Shown piece after piece: positions 11,230 to 24,892 of a stretch of 64,000 bases of DNA. The position numbers and the translations under genes are program-made. The notes beneath the pieces were generated by a model. The model ran no database searches and was not told the origin of the DNA. It saw only the letters and a list, made by a program, of their open reading frames with translations. Origin of the DNA: Selaginella moellendorffii (Eukaryota; Plantae; Lycopodiophyta); NCBI RefSeq assembly GCF_000143415.4, contig NW_003314288.1, positions 332,002 to 396,001 of the forward strand, given 5' to 3'. How positions within the stretch are numbered: the stretch's first letter is position 1; every line of letters begins with the position of its first letter.

Positions 11230-11620
11230 CTTTTCTTCCGTACTTGCGAGAGCAACCATTTGCTGGTATATCTATTTCAATCCTTGTACATACCAAATAT
11301 ACTTACCTTGTTTAGTGAGTATATCTTTGTAGCACTTTACATGATATTTGAATTTTCAGGTATAGTCTTCAATATCTTCTTTACTGCCTTATTTGATGCT
11401 CTTAAGATGTTCTAGGTATTCAATTGTTATGCCACTAGGTTGGTACTTCTCTTTGAATCACTTAACTTTTTTCCGAAACTTAAGTTTTTCATCAAAAATT
11501 ATAATACCATTCTAATGCTTTTCTTTTAAGTGTGAAAAGGAATAGAAGTTCTTTGTTGTCTTCTTGCTGATTGACTTATATAATTTGGTTGAATTGCTGG
11601 AAATGTCTTTCTTGCATCTT
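11230..11620 (-). mobile_element. Decayed Ty3/gypsy gag fragment
   Basis: The minus frame LEHLKSIK*GSKEDIEDYT*KFKYHVKCYKDILTKQGKYIWYVQGL matches the gag at 57130-57423 (QIKNIKQQPKEGIQDYTRQFKLYVKKCKDLITDKSKSLFYIQGL). Confidence 0.65.
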
Positions 11621-12659
11621 CAATTTTGCTACCGGTGAAGATTGGATATGTAATCATGATGCCGTAGGGTGTTGTTGGGTTAATAAATGCCATCTTTCTA
11701 TTATTGGTGATGGTTCAATTTTTGGAGAAGTTGGATAAGATTGAAAGTTATCAGTGTTGTAATCTTTGTAATCAAGAGTTTCAAGTGGTGGTAAATCTTG
11801 ATCTAAGTCTAAATTTTGGTTGATTGTGTCTTCCTCGACATTGGTTGTGTTAATGTTGTTTGATTTGCCAACTGGTATGGCTTGGGTCGTTTTGTCAAAG
11901 TCTTGAATATAGTCTTAAGGATTTCGATTTAAGCTTGAGTCTTCTATTGTTTGTCTACTTCTAATTTTTTGTGGAGTTGTTTCATCTCTTCTCGTATTTT
12001 TTGTATCTGATCTTGCTCTTGTTTCTTGAGTGGATCAAGGTTGTGTTTGTACATTCGATGTTGTGCTAGAGCTTTCTTGAGTTATCATTTTCTTAAATTT
12101 ACTTTTATGGTTTTGTTGTTATTGTCTTTGGTTTGTTGTGTTCGTCTCGAAAAAATGTTGTGTTGTTGTAAAATCATGTGGTGTAAACTAACACAATTTA
12201 TGTATTGGTATTTATGTTGCTACGTTATACGCAGCTCGGTAAAGTTGATCAGTCTTCAACAAGGTCGTTGCTTGCCAACTTTAGGATCGTAAGAGTGCAT
12301 ACTATGGCTACTCTTTTTACGAGTCTTTGTTGTGTTAAATTATTGTAAAGTAATTGTGGCCTACCTCTAATTGTGTTGTATAAAGTCATGCGTGTCCTTA
12401 CTATAAGCGTCTGCATTCTCCAGTTGATGGTGATGTTCAAAAAGTCTGAGCTGAGTAGTGGTTGTATTCTAAATGTTGTTGTCCCTAAGATTATTGTTGA
12501 TACAAATTTCTAGATTCTTGATTTTTGTATTTTTTTATCTTTGATCGCTGTCCATGCTTTGATTAATTATTATTTTTATTCCCCATCATCCTCCACTTGT
12601 TAAATCCTTAGTATTTGATTTCTATTTGCTTGGTTGCTTCTTAATAGCTCATCTGATAA

Positions 12660-13330
12660 ATGTATATTTTCGTTTTCAATAATGTGAAGAAGAAATGCAA
12701 GTGCTTATTAGTATGGTAGATGGTATACTATTACCAAAAAGAGTTTGGGATAATTTCCATTGAACTAGACTACCTATTTCCAACTTACTTGAAACATCAA
12801 CAAAAGAAGAGATTGAGATTCCAATATAAACCCACCCTAAAGTTATGTTGTGTAAAGCATCTTGAGGGTCTACAACAATAACTAGTCCCTCAGCCACAAC
12901 TACATGTATAGCATCCACTATCTTCACAAGAGCTTTATACCATATATTACAAGCATTTATATCTATAGAAGAACAACCAGAATTAAGGATATTCTTGCCT
13001 TTGGAAATATTTTTACTCTCTATCTTCTGTGGAATAACATCTTTATTATTATTCCTCTATGTTCCAATTGTATTTCCCTAACAGATTTTGGTAGGAAATA
13101 TCTCTATTGGAAACATCAATTGATTCTACTTCTATATAGAAAACCCACTAACATCCAGAGTAATTTGAGTTAAACATCTTAATAATGCAAAGCAAAACAC
13201 TTCTAACTCTTAAAGAAGCATAGTGACAAATGCAAGTAGCATCTAAAGATTCTATTCTTCCCTTTGCAATTGATTCTCCATTATCCCAAACAATCTCTAT
13301 TACATCTCCTTTAACAACTTGAGAAAACAA
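12660..13330 (-). pseudogene. Older, AT-rich, decayed paralog of the transposase N-terminus
   Basis: VVAEGLVIVVDPQDALHNITLGWVYIGISI...LEIGSLVQWKL aligns with VVAEGLATVVDPRDAVANQELGWDDIGVAI...LTIGSIVRWKL of ORF 1535-2353. GESIAKGRIESLD aligns with GKRVAKGTLVSMD. Confidence 0.75.
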
Positions 13331-14726
13331 AGAAAATTACAAATATCAAAACACAAATAGAAGGAAAAAAGTACAAGAAAAAGACAAGAAAATAGGAAAT
13401 TAAAAAACAAAGCTTTTTTTGTGAAATGAGAAAACAAAACATGAAAATATATAGTGAAAATAATTAAAAATGCATAAAATAAGCACACACAAAGTCAAAG
13501 AATTTCTAGCATGCACTTGCACGCTAAAAACCCAATTTAATGTATTGATGAAAGAATATGAGCTCACAATAAACCAAAGTCAAATTAAGAGAGAAACAAA
13601 TTGGTAAGTGCAAGTTTATAAAATGACCAGAGAAATGGGGGTTACTTAACTTTGAACAAGCATGGTCTCACACTCAGTCTTAAAAAATGTAAGGATTTCT
13701 AACACACTCTCTCTCTCTCATGGTCTCTTGTTTTTTTAAGCTAGCATGTGGGTTCATGCTTAGCCAAACTCAAATTTGAGTTTCTCCAAAGAAGCTTGAG
13801 ATTTCTTGGTGTGCATTTATACACCTATAGACCAGACTCTCTCTTGTAAATCTTTGTTCTTTTGTTTTGAGATTTCTAGGCATATGCTCTCATGCCTATG
13901 ACTCTTTTGTAAATACACTACACTATCATATAGTCTCACGCCAAGCAATACTAAAATACGAATGTATATTCTTTATAATAATGGAAACCATATGTTTTGA
14001 GGAAAGAAAAACTTACCATGGCTATAAACAAACCAAAACAGTATGGGAGAGATATGTGCTTAGAATGTGCTAGAGAGGAAGGAAAAATGCCTCCTAAGAT
14101 GTGATCCATGAACCAGTAGTGGCAAACCCTAGAGAACCTAAATAATAAACCTAAGAAAAAAGCATAAGGCTAAGAGGGGGAAAATTTGAAATGCAAGCTT
14201 GACAAAGAATTTGAAATGCAAGGGTAGTGTTATGATACTAATAGCTTGTATCAGTTTTGTTTGAATTTAGGCAGGATTATTAAATAATGTAGTACAGATA
14301 TTTGATGTTGTCATATAGTTCAAGAAGAAACTCCATAAAAAAAAATTTCAAAAAATGAGATAACTAGAATTTTTTTAGTATTTATTGAAATTTTGTTTAC
14401 AAGATTATATAATGAGAATCATGGCTTGAAATTTATTATTGAAGAGTATATGTTGCATATGTTGTAGTTTGTTACTCTATTTTATTCTATTTATATTCTA
14501 TGTTATATTTTACCGTTTCATTTTAAATTTTATTGTTTTATAGAATTTAATTCCTGAATTATATTGTTTGATCCATTTTATTTATCTTGCTTCCTCGCTT
14601 GGCTCGTGGCTCCAAAGAATCACCCCAGCCAAAACAAATTCCTCCTTCCACGACTACTACTTCGCTACACTGCTCTACCAAAATCCACCCAGCAACAGTC
14701 ACTACTACTTACTTGTGGAGTGTGAT

Positions 14727-16870
14727 TTACAATTCCACCTCTTGCAAGTCGTCTCCAAACACTCTGGAGAAACTGGCAGCTTCGAATCCCACTGTGCCGG
14801 ACTGTTGAGGTGCCGATGAATCGAACTTTCCTGGTGTTGGTTTTGCTGCTGCTGCTCGACCATCACTGGCGGAGTAACTTCCAGAGCTGCAGGTGGCGGC
14901 AACGAGACGGTCGACGGTGCTGCTGGATAGTGATTCGAATAGAACATTGCTGGCGAAGAGCCGCTCGATAGATGATCAGGCGTTGGCCCCGGATCGTTTC
15001 TCATATCCTGTACAACCGGCTGAGCGAATGCTGCTGGTGCAAACGGTCCATTCCCGTTTGAGAATGCCGTGTCGGGGACAAAGGCCGGTGCCGAGGAAGG
15101 ATCCACCGAATGGTTGCTGTTGATATCTGGAGCAGCGGCAGCAGCGGCCGCAGGCACGAAAAATCTCGCTGGAGCCAAAGGCTTTGCGCTTGCCTTTGGC
15201 ACCACGCCAAACAGTGGAGGAGAGTCCGATGATGTCTTGGATGGTGTTACGCTACCTTGTTGAATGTATCGACATATCTGCAAAAACCTCGTGAGATTGG
15301 AGTGCTGGGAATGACCAAAACGGTACCTTGATCTAACGTTTTGACGTGCGCGAGCTGCGTACTGGTTACTGCTCGGAGGCATTGGTGGGATTCCACTCAC
15401 AACCGGTTGCGGCCTTTCCGGAGTTGGCTGTGGTCTCTCCGGAGACATGGAAATAGGAGCGCCGTTCTCCTCCACGCGCGAGACGAGCTTGTTTGCCGTG
15501 GGAGGAGGAGCCAACGGAAGCTCTGGCGCTTGTGCCTCGGCTCGTTCTTCAAGCCAGCGCTTCAGTGTCTCGTCGTATCTAAACTTGTTGCTGTCGCCAA
15601 GCTTTGCCTGCATCACATACCGACCATCAATCAGCTAGCGCTCTTTCCAAAGCTTCTACAAACCTCCTTCGAAGGTGTTTTTATGAAGCCCATCGCTCTT
15701 TGCACGAAAGAAGTAAAGACGCCTCTGTTTGGCGTTCCTTTCGCTGGACTAACGATCTGATGAAAGAATACAAGTCTTAATCGAAGGTACACAAGAGCAA
15801 GTCGAGTTACCTGTGCAGGCCTAAAGTCAGGCTCAGAAATGCTTCTCGCTGGCATGTTGGATCTTCTCGTATTATCACTTATGGGTTCTATTGATGCCGA
15901 CGAGGCAAGTGATACACTGCTTCTGCTAGAAGCTGTTGCGGGACAGTTATTAATATCAGCATATCAGAAGCTTTCGGGGAAGAAGGGCCTGTCATCTTGT
16001 GTAGACCAATATTGCCAAAAAACTGTTGCACAATTGACGTCAAGCCTCCCTGGATAACAGGAAAGTGAGTATAAAAGCTGTGTGTCCGATTACAAACCTG
16101 AGAGTGAATACGAAGACGCTCTTCCAAGGGTACAGCCGCTTCTTTGCACACATCAGCTGCATGGCCACTGTTTTCAATGTTTTCAACACCGCTTGGCAAT
16201 ACCTTTGAAGAGAAACCTTAAGGATACAGTTAAAAATCACTACCAACCTTAAAGCTTCGTTTATCTTTCCAGCTTCAGCAAGCATCGACGCATAAATAAG
16301 CTTGTATGGCTGAAAAGGAAGTAAATAAACTGGGATTTGCCAGTCACTCTGGCAAATTCGTACACGTCCATTCGCTGATGAAGAAAAGGTTAACAATTGT
16401 TATTGAGGACAAACACGGCTTACCTGGATAGCTTCTGGACTAGCGTACGTGCGTGGATACTTACAATGGGCGGCACCTATAAGACAAAGTCTGGCAGAAG
16501 GGGAGAAAGGCTCAAAACTAGCATTTGCAACAAGATAGCAAATATGGGCTCCACATATCTGCAAGTTAAAACTATGAGACACATCAACGTGTGACCATGT
16601 ATATACCTCATCTCGATGTCTCCAGAGACAATCACCAAGATGCATAATCACTCTCTCGTCCCCATTAGTTCGGTTAGCTGCCATTATAGCCAGGTTTTCC
16701 TGCCATTCTTCGAGCATTCCTTCTACTGCGTCCTGCAAGTCAACATGCACTCCTTAAGCAAGAGAGTAGCTTGATAAAAGTATTTCACCTGTGTTGCACC
16801 ATCTATAGCGGACGCTGGAACTGGTTGAGGTTGAAGCACTGTTGATCTACTAAATTGATTTGCTCAAGTG
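14727..16870 (-). pseudogene. SEC16: SEC16 (MAG5-like) COPII scaffold, 3' part only, frameshifted (copy A)
   Basis: Exons encode EEWQENLAIMAANRT..DERVIMHLGDCLW, HICYLVA..FEPFSPSARLCLIGA, PFQPYKLIYASMLAEAG, LGDSNKFRYDETLKRW and a terminal DDLQEVEL*. The 5' portion is missing and there are frameshifts. Confidence 0.85.
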
Positions 16871-17390
16871 GTTTCACGGGCATCCGATCAAACAAATCCT
16901 TGGCAGAAGCTATCTTTCCACTGCGGATGCAAAGCGTGATCATCACATTCCAAGAGATCTCGTTCTTCTCTGGAGCTAATTCGAAAACCTCTCCCGCTTT
17001 ATCAAGATGCCCGTTGTCGGCATATGCCGTGACGATCGAGTTCCACGTCGAGGCATCTCGCCGGAGCATCCCATCGAACGTTCTGCGCGCTCGATTTAGA
17101 TCTTTCGCCTGTGCGTAGGCCCGGATCATGATGTTGGAGGATAAGAGCTTAGGATTCTCTATGGATTCGAAGATTGCACGGGCGTCATCGACGCTGCCGC
17201 ATTTGCCATACATCTGGACGAGCAGATTCGCGAGGTGTTTGTTGCGGCGGTGCTCGCTCTGCGCAATGCGGGCGTGGATTTGCGTCCCCTGTGACAGATC
17301 CCGGCAGTTCTTGAGCAGTGCTCCCCAGGAGAGCAAGCAATCCTCTGAGGTGTCTGTGGAAATCACGAAATTGGGGAAGAGCAATGCCAT
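16870..17390 (-). pseudogene. N-terminal fragment of a PLS-class PPR gene, joined to the SEC16 fragment
   Basis: NLLVQMYGKCGSVDDARAIFE..., TWNSIVTAYADNG and SWNVMIT are present. The PPR repeats stop abruptly and run into SEC16 exon sequence. Confidence 0.8.
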
Positions 17391-17666
17391 AAACTTTGCT
17401 GGATCTCACACGCATTCGCGATTCGCGAGGTATTCTTTGCGAGAATCCGGGCGCGACCTCCACAGCTCTTGAGAATCCTGGACGGAGAAAGAGCATTCCA
17501 ATCTAGCTTGGAGATCACGGCTAAGAAGAAGAAGATAATCCATCTTGCCTTGCAAGAACAAGGACACCCTGGAAGAAGCAAAGATTTTACTCTCTGGTGA
17601 GAATTCCTCTACTCCACTACTCCACTGGGCTTATAAGATTGGCTCTCTCCTCCATTCTCTATAGCA

Positions 17667-19355
17667 ATGAATTTCCATCTCTCTTTCTTGCTCCTCGAGA
17701 TACTAGTGTTCTTGAGAGCTGTCGCCCTAAATTCGCCCCCACCGCTCCCTCTCCGCCCAATTCCCTCATGGCGCCAGCTCCAGTTCCACTCGCGCCGCCT
17801 CTCGATGTTCTTCCACTTCGGCGTCAACACGTTCACGGACTCGGAGCGTGGATCCGGCCACGAATCGCCCTCCATCTTCAACCCGGAGCGATTGAATGCG
17901 TCGCAGTGGATGGACGCGGCCCAATCCGCGGGCGCGCAGCTCGTGATCCTCACGGTCAAGCACCACGACGGGTTCTGCCTGTGGCCCTCGGCCTACACCA
18001 ATTTCTCCGTGGCTAGCAGCTCTTGGCGAGGAGGGAAGGGGGATGTGGTGGCCGAGTTCGTGGCCGCCGCCAGGGAGCGTGGATTGGACGTGGGCTTTTA
18101 TCTCTCGCCATGGGATTTGCACGAGAGCTGCTATGGCGACACTCTTCTCTACAACGAGTTCAGCTCCGAGAGCTTTTTACTGGGTGAGTGAGACATTCTT
18201 TGCTTCTTCTTCACGCAGTTTTCTTGGTGGCATGATCACTGTGTGATATGTTTGCATTTGCTCCAGCCCATCAAACGGTTTTAGCATTAGGAGCTCGCGA
18301 GCTTGTGGGCTTTTGTAGTTTTCATCTCTAGCAGCAGATGCCTTGACGCGGCATTTTGTTTCGGCCTGCAGATATGGGCCGATCTCCGAGGTGTGGCTGG
18401 ATGGTGCGAAATCACCCACTGCAGTGAACATGAGCTACGATTTTGAGCTCTGGTTTGACACGATTCATCAGCTGCAACCCGGTGCCAACATCTTTTCCGA
18501 CGCTGGCCCTGACATCCGATGGGTTGGGAACGAGTATGGCGAGGCCGGACAACCATGCTGGGCGATGGCGAACAGATCTTCCATTACGATCGGCAGGAGC
18601 GATGGCCAGTACGTAAAATCCATCCTTGTGTTCTCGTGAAACTCGATCCAATTCGCAACATCAACAGGTACTTGATGTCTGGAGAGAGTGCTGGAACCGA
18701 CTGGCTCCCTCCGGAGTGCGATATCTCCATCAGGCCCGGTTGGTTTTGGCACAGGAACGAGGCTCCAAAATCCCTGGAGCAGCTGCTCGACGTTTTCTAC
18801 AAATCATCCGCCAGGAACTGCTTGCTCCTGCTCAACGTCCCTCCAAACTCGTCGGGACTGATCGACGAATCCGACTTCCAGACGCTGGAGCGGTTTAGCT
18901 CCGCCATAGATTCCATCTTCAGCGTCAACTTAGCAGCGAATCCCTTGTCCGTGACAGCAAGCAGCGTTCGCAGCTCTTCGTTCGGGCCGAAGCAAATCCT
19001 TGACGAGTGTATGGAAACTTTCTGGGCTCCAATGCAAGGGGAGTCGACCGGCTGGATCGAGCTTGATCTTGGCAAGGTCTCAAAGTTCAACGCACTGGAG
19101 ATCCGAGAGCCAGTAAACATGGGACAAAGGGTCATGGAATATCACGTCGAGGCATGGGACAGCGAGCTGGGCTGGTACCTGGTGAGCAACGGTAGCACCA
19201 TTGGTTACAGGAAAGTGGATCGACTGGAAGAGGATCAAGAATGCGCTGCTCGGCTCGTTCGACTGCTGATTGACGCGTCGTGGGGAGATCCATTGATCTG
19301 CTTCTTTGGTTTGTACTTCGATATGTACAACCTCAGGCACTTGTCTTCTATTTAG
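17667..19355 (+). pseudogene. FUC1: Alpha-L-fucosidase, GH29 (3 exons: 17667-18183, 18372-18608, 18668-19355), with an apparent frameshift near 18160
   Basis: A signal peptide is followed by MFFHFGVNTF, ILTVKHHDGFCLWPS, FYLSPWD, EVWLDGA, DIRWVGNE, PECDISIRPGWFWH and LLLNVPPN. QLRELFTG is out of frame with NEF at the end of exon 1, suggesting a small deletion or a sequence error. Confidence 0.85.
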
Positions 19356-21384
19356 AAGAGAAACTACAAGATGTATATTTCTTTTCAGGTATGTGAAACA
19401 TAGCTTTGGGTTGGAAATCCCTGGCCTGATCATAACAGTCTCTTTGCATCACTCCTAACAGATTGGAGCCTAGAGAACAACCAAAAAAAATCAAGAGCTA
19501 GCCCTCTACCCTTTGAGCTCGTGGAAAGTACCCTTGCATGGAGGTGGCAGCTGGTTAAACTTGAGAAGTTAGCTTGTCTGGAGGACCTCCTGTTGCTCCT
19601 GCTTCCTCGCCACAAAATCACACCCGCAAACACATGTCCAAACATTGAACTAGTACTTCTCAGATTTAAAAGCTTTGGAAATACATTAGAACATCTTTTT
19701 GCCATGTATGACCATTATTAAAATGTTTTTAATTTATAAACACAAAATTATTCTAAATAAATATCAACAATTAAATGATAGAATATTCAAGAATACCCAG
19801 GTATATCCTATGTTGGTTTGCTTAAGCAAACCAAAAATATAATGCCTAAATTGAAGAAATACTCAAAGGTGTAAATGACTATAACTTAACTGAAGCCATA
19901 AAAGATAGGTATTGTGGAAAAATAAAGAATATATGTGTGCAAATAGTAAACAGGTAATACACCTTGTGGGTGTTCTTTTGCAAATAGCCTGCAGAAAAAA
20001 AGCTATTAAAATAAATATTTGAATTGTAAAGAATACTTGATGCATTAAAAATATGAGCTTATATAACACTTTTTCTCCATCTAGCATGTCATAGAGGACA
20101 AAGTAGCAATCTATTTAAATTATAACTCAATGTAGATTAAAATCACTAAAGGATGATCCTAATGATTCAAAACAACTATTATACTTGCATCAAAAAGCTA
20201 GCAATATTCTGATTTGCAATGATGCTAGACTGGAAGATTAAAGGGAACTGAAGTATATCTCTAGTTGAGTCTAGTATTCCTAAGAGTTTAAGAATGATTA
20301 AGATTGTACTCCAATATGTTAGTTTTGAAAATTTTCATATACTTATATTCCATGATATTGGAAGAGAAGGGAATAGATTGGTCACGAAACATTGAACAAG
20401 TGGTAGTTGCCATTGAAGAAGCAATATTGCTCTATACAACAACATTATATATAAAACTCCACCCTGCAGAATAAAAAGAAAGTTTTCAAAGGGAATGGAT
20501 GAGTAGGAAATGGCACTTGTGATATTTCTTATTTCCAATGGGGAGAATTGTTTGGGATGTTGAGCATCCCTGATTGCTATGCTAGATAATATGTTTGATG
20601 ACATATGTCAAACTTCTCATCATCAAATTACTTAACTATCCTTCATTATGCATATATTAATTCCTAAAGCTCTCCAAGGATTTGGTTCTTGACAGATTAT
20701 GGCATTGACTTTGCAGAAGATTTGATAAATTTCCTTGTAAAATCGCCTTGCATACACCAATTGTCTTTAAACTTGATTCTCTGTAAATGCTAGCCATCAA
20801 CGAATGGGCTGAGGCCCAGCTCCAGCAACATGCTGTGCAATGCTTCGCAAGCGGAGAGGATACCATATGGAACACAGAGAGGAGAACATATGAAGCATGT
20901 CGGGAGGCAACCAGGAAGATAGGATAAAATGGGAACGAGCTATCACCTTACTGCAATGAGCCCATCTCCACCCGCGCTTCAAACGCAAGCTTTCCACACC
21001 ACTACTTCCCACTTTCAACAAGAGCTCATGAGAGACTTCCACAGCTCACTCTCACCGGCATGGTCTTGAGAATCTGGATTACCACGCCTAGCATGGCACT
21101 GATGTGGAGCAGGAGGAGCGCAGTGCTGCTGCTGAAATTCACAACAGCAGCATTGGATCTTACATTGCTGACTATAGCAAACCCACTGCACTTAACATTC
21201 CAGATGCATGGGACACCACGGACTCATACGCAAGAGGCGGAGGACTATGCTCCTCATGAAGACTCTCCTATGCTCAATCCTCTGTGCGTCCCGCTCTCCA
21301 TCCATGGGGGATGGGGTGGCTCACGGAATGGCTGGATATCAACGATCGATGTTTGGGTCAACACATCAAAACAGTGAAGAATCA

Positions 21385-22687
21385 AGTCTGAACTGCTCTG
21401 AAGATGTTCTCCAGCATCACATAAGGCAATGCATCACTCACAAGGCTGGACTGGCACGTAAATTCCGCAGCATGCATCCCTCGATTCATCTACCCGTGGT
21501 TTTTACACGCGGTAAGAAACGTTGCCCATGAAACTCCATCAGCTGGCAAAGGCATATTCTCCAGGACATCCTCGGCCTCTTCCAATTGCCCTAGCCGTCC
21601 TAGAGCATCAACAATGCAGGTGTAGTGGTCTTGCGAAGGGCCCAATCCATTGTCAAAGCTCATTGCCGTGATCAAAGCCGTGAAGAAACATCGCCCAAAA
21701 GAGCTGGATCGCAGAATACGCATGGCCGGTCCGGGCATATGCTGCTAGCATCGTGTTCCAGGAGACCAAATTCCAAGTTGGTATTCTATCAAACGTCTTC
21801 TTTGCCTCACAATTATTTGCATCTAAAGCGTATACCACGAGAATTGTGTTCCATGAATAGGAATCCCAGCAGCAACACAAAGAAAACGCTCGTATAGCTT
21901 CTTTGAAACGACCTCTCTGGGCATAAACAGCGTTTATCGAGTTCCATGAAACAAGATCTCTGTGTGGCATTTCTTCAAACAATTGTTTTCCTTGATCAGC
22001 GTCACCTTTTTGTGCGTATGACTTGATCATAATCGTCCACGAAAGCATGCTGTGCAGAGGCATCCTATTAAACAAACTCTTGGCTTGAATCAAATCCCCA
22101 TTTTGGGCATAGCAGCAGTGCATCGCCCCCCAGAGGATCGCGTTTCGGTGGACAATCTCCTGGAAGACATCCTCCGCCTCCTCCATGAATCCATTCTCCG
22201 CAAACATGACGAGCATCACCGCGCGAGTGATGCTGTTCTTCTCGGGCATGGAATCAAACGCGGCCGTCGCATCGCCCACTCGCCCGCGCTGCACGAAACC
22301 CTGCACGAGGATCGTCCACGCTACCACATTCGTCTCGGGCATCCAATCCAGCACCTCTCTCGCTCGCCCAATCTCTCCACCGCGAGCAAATCCCCGCAGC
22401 AGCGTCGCCCACGTCTTGCAGTTCCTCTCGGGCATCGCATCAAACACCACCTTGCTCGATCCAATCCGCCCGCAATCGCCCAGCGCCTTGACCATCGCAG
22501 TGGAAGAAACTACATCCCGCACCGCCATTCGATTGAACGCTGCCCTGGCCTCGCCCGGATGCCCACTCTCGCAATACGCACTCGCGAGCGCCGTCCACGA
22601 CGCAATGTTCTTGGCTGGCAATGCATCACAGATCCTTCTCGATTCCTCCAAATGCCCACACCGCGCGTAGACAACCAGTGTTTCCAT
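21385..22687 (-). pseudogene. PLS/E-class PPR gene (copy A) with an internal deletion and frameshift
   Basis: Short S-type repeats plus HYTCIVDALGRLG. It lacks the ~80-nt segment present in copy B at 47852-47930. Confidence 0.85.
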
Positions 22688-24306
22688 ACATAATATCTAT
22701 GCTGAGACTTATGATTAGTAAACAGAAGTACAAGAGACTTGCTATAATAAAACTTTAAACAATTAAACACTGAGTAGAGGAAATTGCTAAGCCAAAGTCC
22801 ACCAAGATCATCACATTTATACTATTTATGACTCCAGCAAAAACAAACATAAACTACTCATCCTCCATTAATTCTTTATTGCATGTTGGAGGAGAGAGAA
22901 TAGGGGGACTTTTGTTATTTGTTGGTGATAGAACTCCTATTATCCATAAATGTCAAAAGAGCATATGAATATTTTTAGCATATTATTAACATTTGGCAAA
23001 AGTTCCAGTGTTATGTTCCCATCCATATCATGAACAATAATTGTGTTATGACATGGCACAAAAACTAATCTTCCTAAACTAGATTAGGCCTCCTTTTGAA
23101 GTTCCTCACCACCCAACCACCCCCAAACTACCTCAAAAGCTCCTCTTCACCAAGTGAGTTCTAGGGTAAGTTAAATTCTTTACCCTAACATGCCTTAATA
23201 TACTCTTGAGCCTACCTTTGACTGACATTGACCACATGGTCAAAGTTGGCACCTAGCAATTCTTCCCCCCAACAAAGTCCTTCTGCCAAAAACAAGTTGT
23301 ACCAGTGATCACCCTTTCTAGGGAACCTTGCTCAAGCTCCTAATCCATTTTCCACAATCATATACATTAAAGAAGCATTGGGTTTGTCACTAAACTCCTC
23401 AAACTCTATAAGTTTGACTATTCAATGAGGTTGCCTAATGTTTAACTCTTTTTCTGTGAAAAGATACACAAGTGGTTTGTGATCCATCAACACTATGAAT
23501 ACTGCACCATAAAGATAGTGCCACCACGTCTGCAAAGCATGAACAATAGAGAGTAACTCTTGCTCATATGTGGAATAGCATTGCTTCACAAGATTCAAAG
23601 TTTGACTCTCATATGCAATACATTGCCCTCTTGCATGAAAACTCCTCCTAGTGCATAACCGCTCACATCACATGTCACCTTGTAAGGTTTTGATGGATTA
23701 GCAATATGAAGCATTAGAGCCTTACTCAACAATTGTTTTAGCACCACAAAACTCTCCTCTTATGGCTTCTTCTACTTGAATGGCACGTTATTGTGTAACA
23801 ACTATGTTAAAGGAATAGCCACCTCCGCAAACTTATGCTAGAAACATCAGTAGTAACTAGCCATTCCAAGGAAACCACATAACTCAGCCACTGTAGTTGG
23901 TGTAAGCCAATTCTCCACCACAGCCACCTTCCTTGGATTCGTCTTGACACCCTTAGATGTCACAATATGGCCTAGATATTTCACCTCCGACTTTGTAAAC
24001 TCATATTTGCTCTTCTTCACATAAAGTTTGCTATCATGAAGTAACGAAAGAACCTTGCGCAAATGCACCTTATGCTCCTCCATATTCTTGTTGAAGACAA
24101 GAATATCGTCCAAGAAAATCTCCACAAACTCATGAAAATAACGCCCAAATACCTCCATTATCAACTGAGTAAATATGGCTGGTGCATTTGTTAAACTAAA
24201 CGACATAACTATAAACTCAAAATGCTCGAAGCTTATATTAAATGCCATCTTGGAGATAGATGCATCATCCATTGCAATCTCATGATATCCACTTCTTATA
24301 TCAATC

Positions 24307-24892
24307 TGTAAACTCCTGAGTTTGGACTTCCCAGGAGGTCACCCAGCCTAATACTATTCAAACCCAAGGACGCTTAATTCCAAGTATCCCAAGACCCTTA
24401 ACCGATTGGAAAAGGGGGTGCATTCTTGTTCATGGGCCCTTTCCCTCTATATTTGAACCTCTATGGATCATCTCTCAAGTCGTTCCCTTTGGTTGCTTAC
24501 AATCCACCACGCTTCCCTGCAAGTTCACGCCCTCGTGAACGGAAGCTGAGAGCCACAGCTCTCCTGAGAGCCCCCGCTCTCTTGACACCCTACCCCTCGG
24601 GTCGAGCCCAGCGGGAGCAAACTGGACCAGCCAGATGTCAATCAACATGTGGTGTGATTCCCCTAGCCAACCAACAGAGTCGGACCTGAGACCCCTCTGA
24701 TACCAAATGTAATCTCCTGAGTTTGGACTTCCCGGGAGGTCACCAAGCCCAGTACTATTCAAACCCAAGGACGCTTAACTCCAAGTATCCCAAGACCCTT
24801 AACCGATTGGAAAAAAGGGTGCACTCTTGTTCATGGGCCCTTTCCCTCTCTATATGGATCGTCTCTCAAGTCGTTCCCTTTGGTTGCTTACA
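24307..24892 (-). mobile_element. Cassandra-type TRIM with a 5S-rRNA-derived segment in both LTRs
   Basis: LTRs at 24307-24501 and 24708-24892 (TG..CA), a 5-bp TSD CAATC, a PBS TGGTATCAGA (minus strand, 24696-24705) and a PPT at 24502-24518. The LTR core GGACTTCCCGGGAGGTCACC...GTACTA...CCCAAG.ACGCTTAACT is the reverse complement of the plant 5S internal control region. Confidence 0.92.

Noticed and set aside
24324-24780. 5S rRNA genes
   Set aside because: Only the internal ~55-nt part is present, embedded in TRIM LTRs.
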